From positions 1-63,676 of the forward strand of contig JBBDHX010000051.1 of assembly GCA_040880745.1 (NCBI GenBank): a stretch of DNA of 63,676 bases, read 5' to 3'. Shown in pieces: positions 55,938-63,676 of the stretch. The translations under genes were made by a program, and so were the position numbers. How positions within the stretch are numbered: the stretch's first letter is position 1; each line of letters opens with the position of its first letter. Under the pieces are notes generated by a model. The model searched no databases and had not been told where the DNA came from. It worked only from the letters and a program-made list of their open reading frames with translations. Source of the DNA: Actinomycetota bacterium. GTDB taxonomy: Bacteria > Actinomycetota > UBA4738 > HRBIN12.

Positions 55938-57491
55938 GTGACGACGACGACCGCGTTCGGCCAGGCGCCGGCGGAGACCGATGAGCTGCACGCGACGTTC
56001 GACGAGGGGATGGCGACCATTCGGGCGCAGCTCGGCCACCAGCACCCCTTCGTCGTCGCGGGGACACCGCGTGACGGTGCGCGGAGCCGCCAGCAGTGGT
56101 CACCGATCGACCGCGACCTGGTGATCGGTGACTTCGCGCAGGCCACCGGAACCGATGTGGATGACGCGGTCGAGGCGTCGGCCGCCTACGCCGCGACCTG
56201 GGGATCTTCGGATTGGCGCGAGCGGGTCGCGATCGTGCGCCGGGCCGCCGACATCATGGAGGCGCGACGGGGGGAGCTCGCTGCGATGTCGGTGCTCGAG
56301 ACCGCGAAGAACCGGATGGAGGCTTTCGGCGAGGTCGACGAGACCGTCGGGTTGCTCCGGCTCAACGCGCACCAGGTCGAGGAGAACGAGGGGTTCAGCT
56401 ACCGGCTCCCGGGCGACGGCGGGGGCAGCTACCTCGACGTCCTCCGCCCCTACGGCGTGTGGGGTCTCATCAGCCCGTTCAACTTCCCGCTCGCGCTTGC
56501 GGCGAATCCGGTGTCCGCGGCGCTGCTCGCCGGGAACTGCCTCGTGTTCAAGCCTGCCCATCAAGGCGTGTGGACCGGCCTCATGATCTACGAGATCTTC
56601 CGCGAGGCGGGCATCCCCGCCGAGGCGTTCCACGTCGTGCCGGGCCCGGGCGCCGTGGTGGGGGCGCGGATCGCGAGCCACCCCGGTATCGACGGGATCA
56701 CGTTCACCGGCTCGTACGACGTCGGCATGGGTATCTACCGTCAGCGCGACGGTGCGCCTCGCCCCGCGATCTGCGAGCTCGGGGGCAAGAACCCGTCGGT
56801 CGTGACGGGCGAGGCCGATCTGGCGAAGGCAGCCGAGGGCGTCATGCACGGCGCCTTCGGGTTCGGCGGTCAGAAGTGCGCATCGAACTCGCGTTCCTAC
56901 ATCCAGCGGTCGGTGTACGACGAGTTCGTCGAACGGCTGCGTTCGATGGCCGAGGACATCGTCATCGGCGACCCTGCCGACAAGGGCGTCTACCTCGGTC
57001 CGCTCATCAACGACGCGGCCGGCGAGCGGTACGTGAACGCCGTCGCCGAGGCTCGATCGGCCGGCACCGTGGTGACCGGCGGCGAGAAGCTCGACGGCGG
57101 GGTCTTCGACCGCGGGAACTACGTGCGCCCCACGGTGGTCGAGGTGCCCGAGGACTCGTGGCTGTGGGAGCGCGAGCTGTTCACCCCGTTCATCGCCGTC
57201 GAGCCCTACGACGACCTCGGCGACGCGATCGCGAAGGCCAACGACACGGAGTTCGGTCTCACGGCCGGGTTCTTCAGCGAGGACGCCGGCGAGATCGACC
57301 GGTTCCTCGATCACATCGAGGCGGGGGTTGTCTACGTCAACCGGCGCGCCAGCTCGACGACGGGCGCGTGGCCGGGGCTGCAGACCTTCGGCGGCTGGAA
57401 AGGATCCGGCACCAGCGGCCGGAGCGTCGGCGGCCGGTTCTACGTCGCGCAGTACATGCGCGAACAGTCCCGAACCGTGATCGCGAGCTGA
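55938..57491 (+). CDS. Aldehyde dehydrogenase, P5C dehydrogenase-like
   Basis: ISPFNFP, FTGS, ELGGKN, GQKCAS, ELFTP, TTGAWPGLQTFGGWKGSG. Confidence 0.9.
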   Translation: MTTTTAFGQAPAETDELHATFDEGMATIRAQLGHQHPFVVAGTPRDGARSRQQWSPIDRDLVIGDFAQATGTDVDDAVEASAAYAATWGSSDWRERVAIVRRAADIMEARRGELAAMSVLETAKNRMEAFGEVDETVGLLRLNAHQVEENEGFSYRLPGDGGGSYLDVLRPYGVWGLISPFNFPLALAANPVSAALLAGNCLVFKPAHQGVWTGLMIYEIFREAGIPAEAFHVVPGPGAVVGARIASHPGIDGITFTGSYDVGMGIYRQRDGAPRPAICELGGKNPSVVTGEADLAKAAEGVMHGAFGFGGQKCASNSRSYIQRSVYDEFVERLRSMAEDIVIGDPADKGVYLGPLINDAAGERYVNAVAEARSAGTVVTGGEKLDGGVFDRGNYVRPTVVEVPEDSWLWERELFTPFIAVEPYDDLGDAIAKANDTEFGLTAGFFSEDAGEIDRFLDHIEAGVVYVNRRASSTTGAWPGLQTFGGWKGSGTSGRSVGGRFYVAQYMREQSRTVIAS

Positions 57492-57498
57492 GCCCGAT

Positions 57499-58047
57499 AT
57501 GCCGACCCAGACGGCGCCGTTGTCGGCCGAAGCCGCATCGGTCGTGCGCGCGTTCGCCGACACGGCGACCCGCGCGGTCCTCCACGTCCCGTCGAGCGCG
57601 ATCGCGCCGATGATCTGGGACCTGCTCGGCCGGGCGGGCGGGGACGGGGTGCCCGAGTTGATCCCGGCGGGACGAGAGGAAGAGGCGGTCGGGATCGCCG
57701 GGGCGATGAACCTGATCGGGCACCGCTCGGTGATCCTGATGCAGGACAACGGGTTCGGCAACGCCCTCACCGCGATCGCGACCTGGGCGATCGCGTATCA
57801 CCTGCCCCTGCCGATCTTCGCGAACTCACGGGGTGAGCTGGGCGAGTACAACTCGATGATCCACACGATCAGCGGTCCGGCCGACGCGCTACTGGGGACG
57901 ATCGGCGTCCCGGTGTTCGGGCTGGACCACCGCGACGAGGCGGCGACCTGGCACGACGTGTCGGTCGAAGCGATCGAGCACGCGTGGCTCACCCGGCGCC
58001 CCGTCGTCGTCATGATGAACCTGTGGAGGGGTGGCGCCGGCTCGTGA
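57499..58047 (+). CDS. ThDP enzyme N-terminal subunit (sulfopyruvate decarboxylase ComD-like)
   Basis: VPSS, REEEAVGIAGA, LMQDNGFGN, RGELGE. Confidence 0.8.
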   Translation: MPTQTAPLSAEAASVVRAFADTATRAVLHVPSSAIAPMIWDLLGRAGGDGVPELIPAGREEEAVGIAGAMNLIGHRSVILMQDNGFGNALTAIATWAIAYHLPLPIFANSRGELGEYNSMIHTISGPADALLGTIGVPVFGLDHRDEAATWHDVSVEAIEHAWLTRRPVVVMMNLWRGGAGS

Positions 58048-58607
58048 CGATGACCCGCATCGATGCGCTGACCACCGCCGTCGAGACCGCGCCGGACGCC
58101 GCCTTCGTCGTGACCTGCGGGGCGACGAGCCGTGAGATGGCGGCGGTCGCCGACCTGCCGAACCACCTGTACCTGCTCGACTCGATGGGGCTCACCACAT
58201 CGGTGGCGCTCGGCCTCGCGATCGGCCTGCGCGAGCGGGGCCGCGACGTCGTGGCGATCGACGGCGACGGTTCGTTGCTGATGAATCTCGGAAGCCTCGC
58301 CACGATCGGGGCTTACGGCGCGGCCGGCCTCACCATCCTGTTGCTGGACAACGGCGTCCATGCGTCGGCGTCGGGCATCCCGACGACGTCACCGCGGCTC
58401 GACCTGTGTGCGGTCGCCGAGGGATGCGGGATCATCGCCCGCGAGGTCCGCACGACCGAGGATCTCGTCGCGGGCCTCCGCGTCGCTCTCGGCGATGAGC
58501 GTCCGCACATGCTGCGTGTGAGGATCGCACCTCAGAACGCCCCGGACATCCCGTGGCTCCACGCGGATCCGGTCGTGCTCGGCGAACGGTTCAGGACGTG
58601 GGTGTGA
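58044..58607 (+). CDS. ThDP-binding subunit (ComE-like)
   Basis: LDSMG, DGDGSLLMNLG...LDN ThDP motif. Confidence 0.85.
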   Translation: MTMTRIDALTTAVETAPDAAFVVTCGATSREMAAVADLPNHLYLLDSMGLTTSVALGLAIGLRERGRDVVAIDGDGSLLMNLGSLATIGAYGAAGLTILLLDNGVHASASGIPTTSPRLDLCAVAEGCGIIAREVRTTEDLVAGLRVALGDERPHMLRVRIAPQNAPDIPWLHADPVVLGERFRTWV

Positions 58608-59809
58608 AGGAGGCGCCTGTGTGGATCACGAACTGCACGGTGGTCGACATCGAGGATCCGGGGCGGTCGTTCCAGGGGAGCGTCCGGGTCGCGGATGGCG
58701 CGATCGTCGAGCTCACCGAGGGGACCGCGCCATCCGGGTCGGCACCGGTCGACCTGGACGGCCGAGCGTTGCTGCCCGGCCTGATCACCTGTCACACGCA
58801 TCTCACCGAGGTCTACCCGTTCGCAGCCGCCGACGGCGAGACATCGGCCGACTCGGCGTTGCGAGCGCTGGGCGCCGCGACGCACGCCTTGCACGCCGGC
58901 GTCACGACGATCCGCTGCGTGCACGAGCAGCACCAGGCGGACCTGCGCCTGCGGTCCGCCGACGAGCGTGGGTGGGTCAGGACCCCCCGGATCCTCGGAG
59001 CCGGTCGCGCGATCACGACCACCGGTGGGCACGGCGATGGCGGGGGCGGCTGCGTCCGCGCCGACGGCCCCGACGCGTTCCTGAGGGCCGCGCGTGAGGA
59101 GCTGGCCGCCGGCGCCGACCACATCAAGATCTTCATCTCGGGCGGGATCGGCGACGCGAGCGAGAACATCACCACCGTCCAGATGTCGATCGACGAGATG
59201 CGCGCGGTGGGGGGTGCAGCCGAGGTCCATGGGGGATACGTGGTGGCGCATGCGGGGAACTCGGCGTCGATCGCGCTCGCGCTCGAGGCGGGGGTGCGCT
59301 CGTTCGAGCACGGCTACGAGCTGAACGATGCCACCGCGGCCGCGATGGTCGAGCGCGGAGCGTTCCTCACACCGACCATCAACGTCACCCACGTCCGCAG
59401 CTGGATGCTCGCCCGGGGGTTCGATGAGTCCCAGGTGCAGCGGGCCGCCGAGGTCGAGCCGATGCACGCCCGCAGCCTCGAGACGGCGATCCGCCACGGC
59501 GTGACGATCGTCCACGGGACCGACGGACTGCCTGCGGAGGCGGTCGACGGCACGACGATGACGGTCGTCGAGGCCGAACTCTTGTCGAGCGCGGGGCTCG
59601 GGCCCCGTGGGGCGCTCCTGGCCGCGACCGCGAACGCCGCGGAACTGGTGGGCATGGGGTCGCGGATCGGGAAGGTCGCGGTCGGGTACGCGGCCGACCT
59701 GATCGCCGTGCGCGGTGACCCGCTCGCAGACATCAGCGCCCTGCGTTCGATCGATTGGGTCATGAGCCGAGGCGAGGTCGTTCGTGACACCCGAGGCGTG
59801 GGCCTGTGA
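58604..59809 (+). CDS. Metal-dependent amidohydrolase
   Basis: LPGLITCHTH, HIKIFISGG, AHAG, EHG, GTD. Confidence 0.9.
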   Translation: MKEAPVWITNCTVVDIEDPGRSFQGSVRVADGAIVELTEGTAPSGSAPVDLDGRALLPGLITCHTHLTEVYPFAAADGETSADSALRALGAATHALHAGVTTIRCVHEQHQADLRLRSADERGWVRTPRILGAGRAITTTGGHGDGGGGCVRADGPDAFLRAAREELAAGADHIKIFISGGIGDASENITTVQMSIDEMRAVGGAAEVHGGYVVAHAGNSASIALALEAGVRSFEHGYELNDATAAAMVERGAFLTPTINVTHVRSWMLARGFDESQVQRAAEVEPMHARSLETAIRHGVTIVHGTDGLPAEAVDGTTMTVVEAELLSSAGLGPRGALLAATANAAELVGMGSRIGKVAVGYAADLIAVRGDPLADISALRSIDWVMSRGEVVRDTRGVGL

Positions 59810-61863
59810 AGCTCGACCCGGCATCGAGGTATCGGATCGCGGTGGACATCGGCGGCACGTTCGTCGATGCGGTCGCCCAGGACGTGGGGACCGGCGAGCT
59901 GATGACGGTCAAGGTGGCCACCACACCCCAGCAGCCGACGGCCGGCGTCCTCGAGGCGATCGAGGCCCTTCGGATCCCCCTCGATCAGGTCGAGGTGATC
60001 GTGCACGGGACGACGCTCGCTCTCAACGCCGTGCTCGAACGCAAAGGGGTCCGCACGGGCATCGTGACGAACGAGGGCTTCAGGGACATCTACGAGCTCG
60101 GTCGGGGCGACGTTCCCTTCGAGCACATGTACAACCTGCGGTACGAGCAGCCTCGTTCCTTGGTGCGGCGTCGCGACACCGCGGGTGTGCGCGGACGTCT
60201 CGACCACGAAGGCTCGGTGATCGAGGACCTCGACGAAGCCGGGCTCGTGGAGGCGGCCGGGCACCTGATCCGGGACAACGACGTGCGGTCGATCGCCGTC
60301 GTGTTCCTGCATAGCTACGTGGATCCCGTGCACGAGCGCCGGGCAGCCGAGCTGCTACAGGAACACTTCCCCGACACGACCGTGTCGATCTCGAGCGACA
60401 TCGCGCGCGAGCATCGTGAGTTCGAACGGACCTCGTCCACGGTGCTCGACGCCTACACGCGACCGATCGTGGATACGTACCTGGCGACCCTCGAGGGGGA
60501 GCTCCGAGGAGCCGGCCTGGAACGGCCCCTGCTGGTCATGCGGTCCGGGGGAGGGGCCATGAGCGTCGGGGAAGCCAGGTCAACCCCTCTCATGACCGTC
60601 TTCTCGGGGCCGTCAGGCGGCGTCACGGGCGGCGCCAACGTGGCACGGCTCTCGGGGCGTGATCGCCTCATCACGTTCGACGCGGGTGGCACGAGCCTCG
60701 ACGCGTGCGTGATCGTGGAGGGCGAACCGACCGACGTCTTCGAGGCTCGCCTCGACACGCACCCGGTGCTCATCCCCGTGTTCGATATCAGGACCATCGG
60801 GGCCGGGGGCGGGTCGATCGCTTGGATGGATCGAGACCTGCTGAAGGTCGGGCCCCAGAGCGCCGGCGCCGACCCCGGGCCCATGGCGTACGGGCGCGGA
60901 GGGCGACAGCCGACCGTGACGGATGCGGCGCTCGTTCTCGGCTACCTCGAGCCCGACGAGCTGTTCATCGACGGGCGGTCCTTCTCGCTGGAGCTGGCCA
61001 CCGAGGGGATCCGCGATCAGATCGCGACCCCGATGGGGATGGACATCCGCGACGCGGCAGCCGCCATCTTCGACGTGACCCAGGCACGCAACCTCGGGGC
61101 ATTGCGCGAGATCACCGTCGAACGCGGGATGGATCCACGGGAGTTCTCCCTCCTGGCCTTCGGCGGCGCCGGTCCGATGCTGGGGCCCATGCTGGCCCGC
61201 GAGATGGGCATCCCCGAGGTGGTCGTGCCGAGCGAGCCGGGGGTGTTCTCGGCGTGGGGGATGCTCGGCGCCGACCTCGTGCACGACGTGGGACGGTCCG
61301 TCATCGAGCCGCTCGAGTCCGAGACGCTGGCGCGCCTCGAGGCGGTGTTCGAAGAGATGGAGCGGGCGGCGACGGCGTCGTTGTCCAAGCAGGGCATCGA
61401 CCCCGAGCACTGCGATCTGCAGCGGCGGTTGGACCTGCGCTACGACGGGCAGGAGTACAGCCTGGGGGTGCGTGTCGCGTCGGGTGAGCCGGCCGCGCAG
61501 ATCCGGTCGCGGTTCGATGCCGCCCACCTGGAGCGCCACGGTCACAACCTCGACGGCGCAGGTGTCGAGATCGTGTCGGTCCGGGTCCGGGGGGTCGGCA
61601 CGATGCTGGCGGCGGCGCTGACCGCCTCACCCGAGGGGTCCGGAACCAGCCACCGAGCCGGGCGCCGGACCGCGTTCGACTTCGCCACCCGGGGAGTGGT
61701 GGAGTTCGACGAGTACCGGCGAGCAGACCTCGTCCCGGACGATCACCTGAGCGGACCGGCGCTCGTGCGAGATCCGACGTCGGTCACGGTCATCCACTCC
61801 GACCAGCGGTTCCACCTGGACCGGTTCGGGCACATCGTGATCACGAGGGAGGCAGACCGATGA
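59806..61863 (+). CDS. Hydantoinase/oxoprolinase A subunit
   Basis: DIGGTFVD, HGTT, SGPSGG, DAGGTS, IGAGGGS, AFGGAG. Confidence 0.93.
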   Translation: MKLDPASRYRIAVDIGGTFVDAVAQDVGTGELMTVKVATTPQQPTAGVLEAIEALRIPLDQVEVIVHGTTLALNAVLERKGVRTGIVTNEGFRDIYELGRGDVPFEHMYNLRYEQPRSLVRRRDTAGVRGRLDHEGSVIEDLDEAGLVEAAGHLIRDNDVRSIAVVFLHSYVDPVHERRAAELLQEHFPDTTVSISSDIAREHREFERTSSTVLDAYTRPIVDTYLATLEGELRGAGLERPLLVMRSGGGAMSVGEARSTPLMTVFSGPSGGVTGGANVARLSGRDRLITFDAGGTSLDACVIVEGEPTDVFEARLDTHPVLIPVFDIRTIGAGGGSIAWMDRDLLKVGPQSAGADPGPMAYGRGGRQPTVTDAALVLGYLEPDELFIDGRSFSLELATEGIRDQIATPMGMDIRDAAAAIFDVTQARNLGALREITVERGMDPREFSLLAFGGAGPMLGPMLAREMGIPEVVVPSEPGVFSAWGMLGADLVHDVGRSVIEPLESETLARLEAVFEEMERAATASLSKQGIDPEHCDLQRRLDLRYDGQEYSLGVRVASGEPAAQIRSRFDAAHLERHGHNLDGAGVEIVSVRVRGVGTMLAAALTASPEGSGTSHRAGRRTAFDFATRGVVEFDEYRRADLVPDDHLSGPALVRDPTSVTVIHSDQRFHLDRFGHIVITREADR

Positions 61864-63581
61864 TCGACGGCGGAACGGTCGAGGTGATCCGGCACTACTT
61901 CGTGTCGACCGGCGAGCAGATGCGTCGGACCCTCATCCAGACGGCGTTCAACGCGGTCATCTACGAGGTCCACGACTTCGGGATTTCGATCTATGACGGT
62001 GACCTGCAGCTGATCGCGGAGGCGCCCGGCATCCCCGAGTTCCTCGGCGCCAACGACTACGCCATCCGCAAAGGGGTCGAGCACATCGGCGTCGACAACC
62101 TCGAGCCGGGGGATGTCGCGCTCCTCAACTACCCGTACTGGAGTTCCTCTCACACCTACGACGCCATCCTGTTCGCGCCGGTCTTCGTCCCGGGTGCATC
62201 CTCGCCGCGGGCGTACCTGGCGGTCCGCGCCCACTGGATGGACCTGGGCGGCAAGGATCCGAGCTACGTCCTGGACTCCACGGATATGCATCAGGAAGGG
62301 CTGATCCTCCCGGCGACGAGGGTCGTGAAGAAGGGCCGGATCGACGACGAGATCATGGACATCCTGCGCTTCAACTCGCGGATGCCCGATCTGATCATCG
62401 GCGACTTCAACGCACAGCTCGCCGCGATGCGCGTCGGCGAGCAGCGCATGGTGGAGATCTTCGAGAAGTTCGGTCTGGACGTGATCGATCAGGCGATCGA
62501 GAGGATCATCACGCACGGGGAATCGATGGCACGCGACGCCATCCGCGCGCTCCCGGACGGCCGATGGAGCGCCGAGGACTGGATGGATGGCGACGGGATC
62601 ACCGACGACCCCATCCGTCTGGCGGTGACCGTGACCATCGACGGGGATCGGATGATCGCCGACTACTCCGACTCGTCGCCGGCGGTCCCCGGCCCGGTGA
62701 ACCTCCCCTTCGGGCAGACCCAGTCCATGGCGCGGACGATCTTCAAGTCCATGACGACGCCGCAGGAGCCGACGAACGCCGGGCACTTCCGGCCGCTCGA
62801 GGTCATCGCACCTCCGGGGAACATCTGCCATGCCGTGTACCCGGCTCCGACGTTCGCGGCGCTCACGACCGCCGTCGGTCTCGAGCTCATCCACAAGGCG
62901 TTGTCGCAGACGCTCGACAGCGTGCCGGCCTGTTCGGCGGGCGACATGACGACCTTCGATCTGACCGGGATCCATCCACGGAGCGGGGAGCTCTTCTCGA
63001 TCAGCCAGAACGAGGGCATCGGGTGGGGTGCGACGAAGGAGCACGACGGCGGGAACGGCCTGCAGCATCCCTGCACGAGCGGGATGCACAACACGTCCAT
63101 CGAGGTGTTCGAACAGAAGGCGCCGGTCATCCACGAGCGACTCGAGATCCGGACCGACTCCGGTGGCGCGGGGCGACGGCGAGGCGGCTTGGGCACCCGC
63201 AGGGATATCCGGGCGGTGACCCCGGTCGAGATCTTGGCCATGCACCAGAAGACGCGAACGCGGCCGTGGGCGTTGCAAGGAGGCAAGGAGGCGGAGTCAT
63301 CGGCGATGATCGCGTGGCCCGGAACGCCGCGCGAGCGTGCGTTGAGCACCGAGCGGTTCGACCTGGAACCCGGCGAGCGCTTCCACCACCTCGCGGGTGG
63401 CGGCGGCGGGTTCGGCGACCCGCTCGAGCGGGAGCCGGAGCGGGTCGTGGACGACGTCCTCGATGGCTACGTCTCGTTCGAAGCGGCGGCCCGAGACTAC
63501 GGGATCAACGTCGCCGCCGATGGCAGCTGGACCGCGGATGAACGCCGAACGGCATACGAACAGGTGGGCCGGGATGGGTAG
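61860..63581 (+). CDS. Hydantoinase B/oxoprolinase subunit
   Basis: NYPYWSSSHTYD, AHWMDLGG, QEGL, DSGGAGRRRGGLG, GGGGFGDP. Confidence 0.93.
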   Translation: MIDGGTVEVIRHYFVSTGEQMRRTLIQTAFNAVIYEVHDFGISIYDGDLQLIAEAPGIPEFLGANDYAIRKGVEHIGVDNLEPGDVALLNYPYWSSSHTYDAILFAPVFVPGASSPRAYLAVRAHWMDLGGKDPSYVLDSTDMHQEGLILPATRVVKKGRIDDEIMDILRFNSRMPDLIIGDFNAQLAAMRVGEQRMVEIFEKFGLDVIDQAIERIITHGESMARDAIRALPDGRWSAEDWMDGDGITDDPIRLAVTVTIDGDRMIADYSDSSPAVPGPVNLPFGQTQSMARTIFKSMTTPQEPTNAGHFRPLEVIAPPGNICHAVYPAPTFAALTTAVGLELIHKALSQTLDSVPACSAGDMTTFDLTGIHPRSGELFSISQNEGIGWGATKEHDGGNGLQHPCTSGMHNTSIEVFEQKAPVIHERLEIRTDSGGAGRRRGGLGTRRDIRAVTPVEILAMHQKTRTRPWALQGGKEAESSAMIAWPGTPRERALSTERFDLEPGERFHHLAGGGGGFGDPLEREPERVVDDVLDGYVSFEAAARDYGINVAADGSWTADERRTAYEQVGRDG

Positions 63582-63676
63582 TGACGACGTCGGGTTCGGT
63601 CTGGTCGGGCTCGGGATGGCCGGGCGGACGCACGCCCGCGAGATCGCGCATCTGGAGGGTGGCCGGGGGGGGGGGG
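63574..63676 (+). CDS. Gfo/Idh/MocA oxidoreductase, partial (runs off window)
   Basis: MGSDDVGFGLVGLGMAGRTHA Rossmann start overlapping the previous stop. Confidence 0.7.
   Translation, partial: MGSDDVGFGLVGLGMAGRTHAREIAHLEGGRGGG

Noticed and set aside
63665-63676. Terminal G12 run
   Set aside because: Likely a contig-end sequencing artefact; it interrupts a normal CDS

Overview
High-GC bacterial chromosomal window, most likely Actinomycetota (inferred from an F420-type LLM enzyme, a Streptomyces-like IcmA, and many TANNNT-N6/7-start leaderless promoters). About 55 plausible CDS; I found no rRNA, tRNA, CRISPR array, integrase or transposase. The left part (1-37 kb) is a mosaic of accessory genes: a ~1877-aa S8 protease with a malectin-like tail, a cupin/YceI/LigB/pirin cluster around an orphan histidine kinase, a kinase-aminotransferase fusion, isobutyryl-CoA mutase subunits, a sulfite-oxidase-family enzyme, a GH25 muramidase, two acyltransferases, an SQR-like oxidoreductase, DacB, a collapsed vapBC, and a LuxR plus flavin monooxygenase pair. 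The right part (37.4-63.7 kb) is a nitrogen-compound catabolic island: a Liv-type ABC transporter with RpiR, GS-like ligase and amidohydrolase, then GntR, a Pot-type ABC, RidA, dehydratase, nitroreductase, DUF6092-like, DUF3830-like, M29/NicX-like, amidohydrolases, P5CDH-like ALDH, a ComDE-like pair and hydantoinase A/B. Best leads not visible in the ORF track: (1) a stand-alone ~255-nt structured RNA carrying a 13-codon sORF at 35.3-35.6 kb; (2) a probable selenoprotein (KPG-UGA-TTRN plus SECIS-like hairpin) at 22.9-23.3 kb; (3) a putative GntR regulon marked by three CTACAATCCnnCAG boxes; (4) tandem 64-aa paralogs; (5) many deletion-scar gene remnants. All family assignments come from motif recognition by eye, not database searches.
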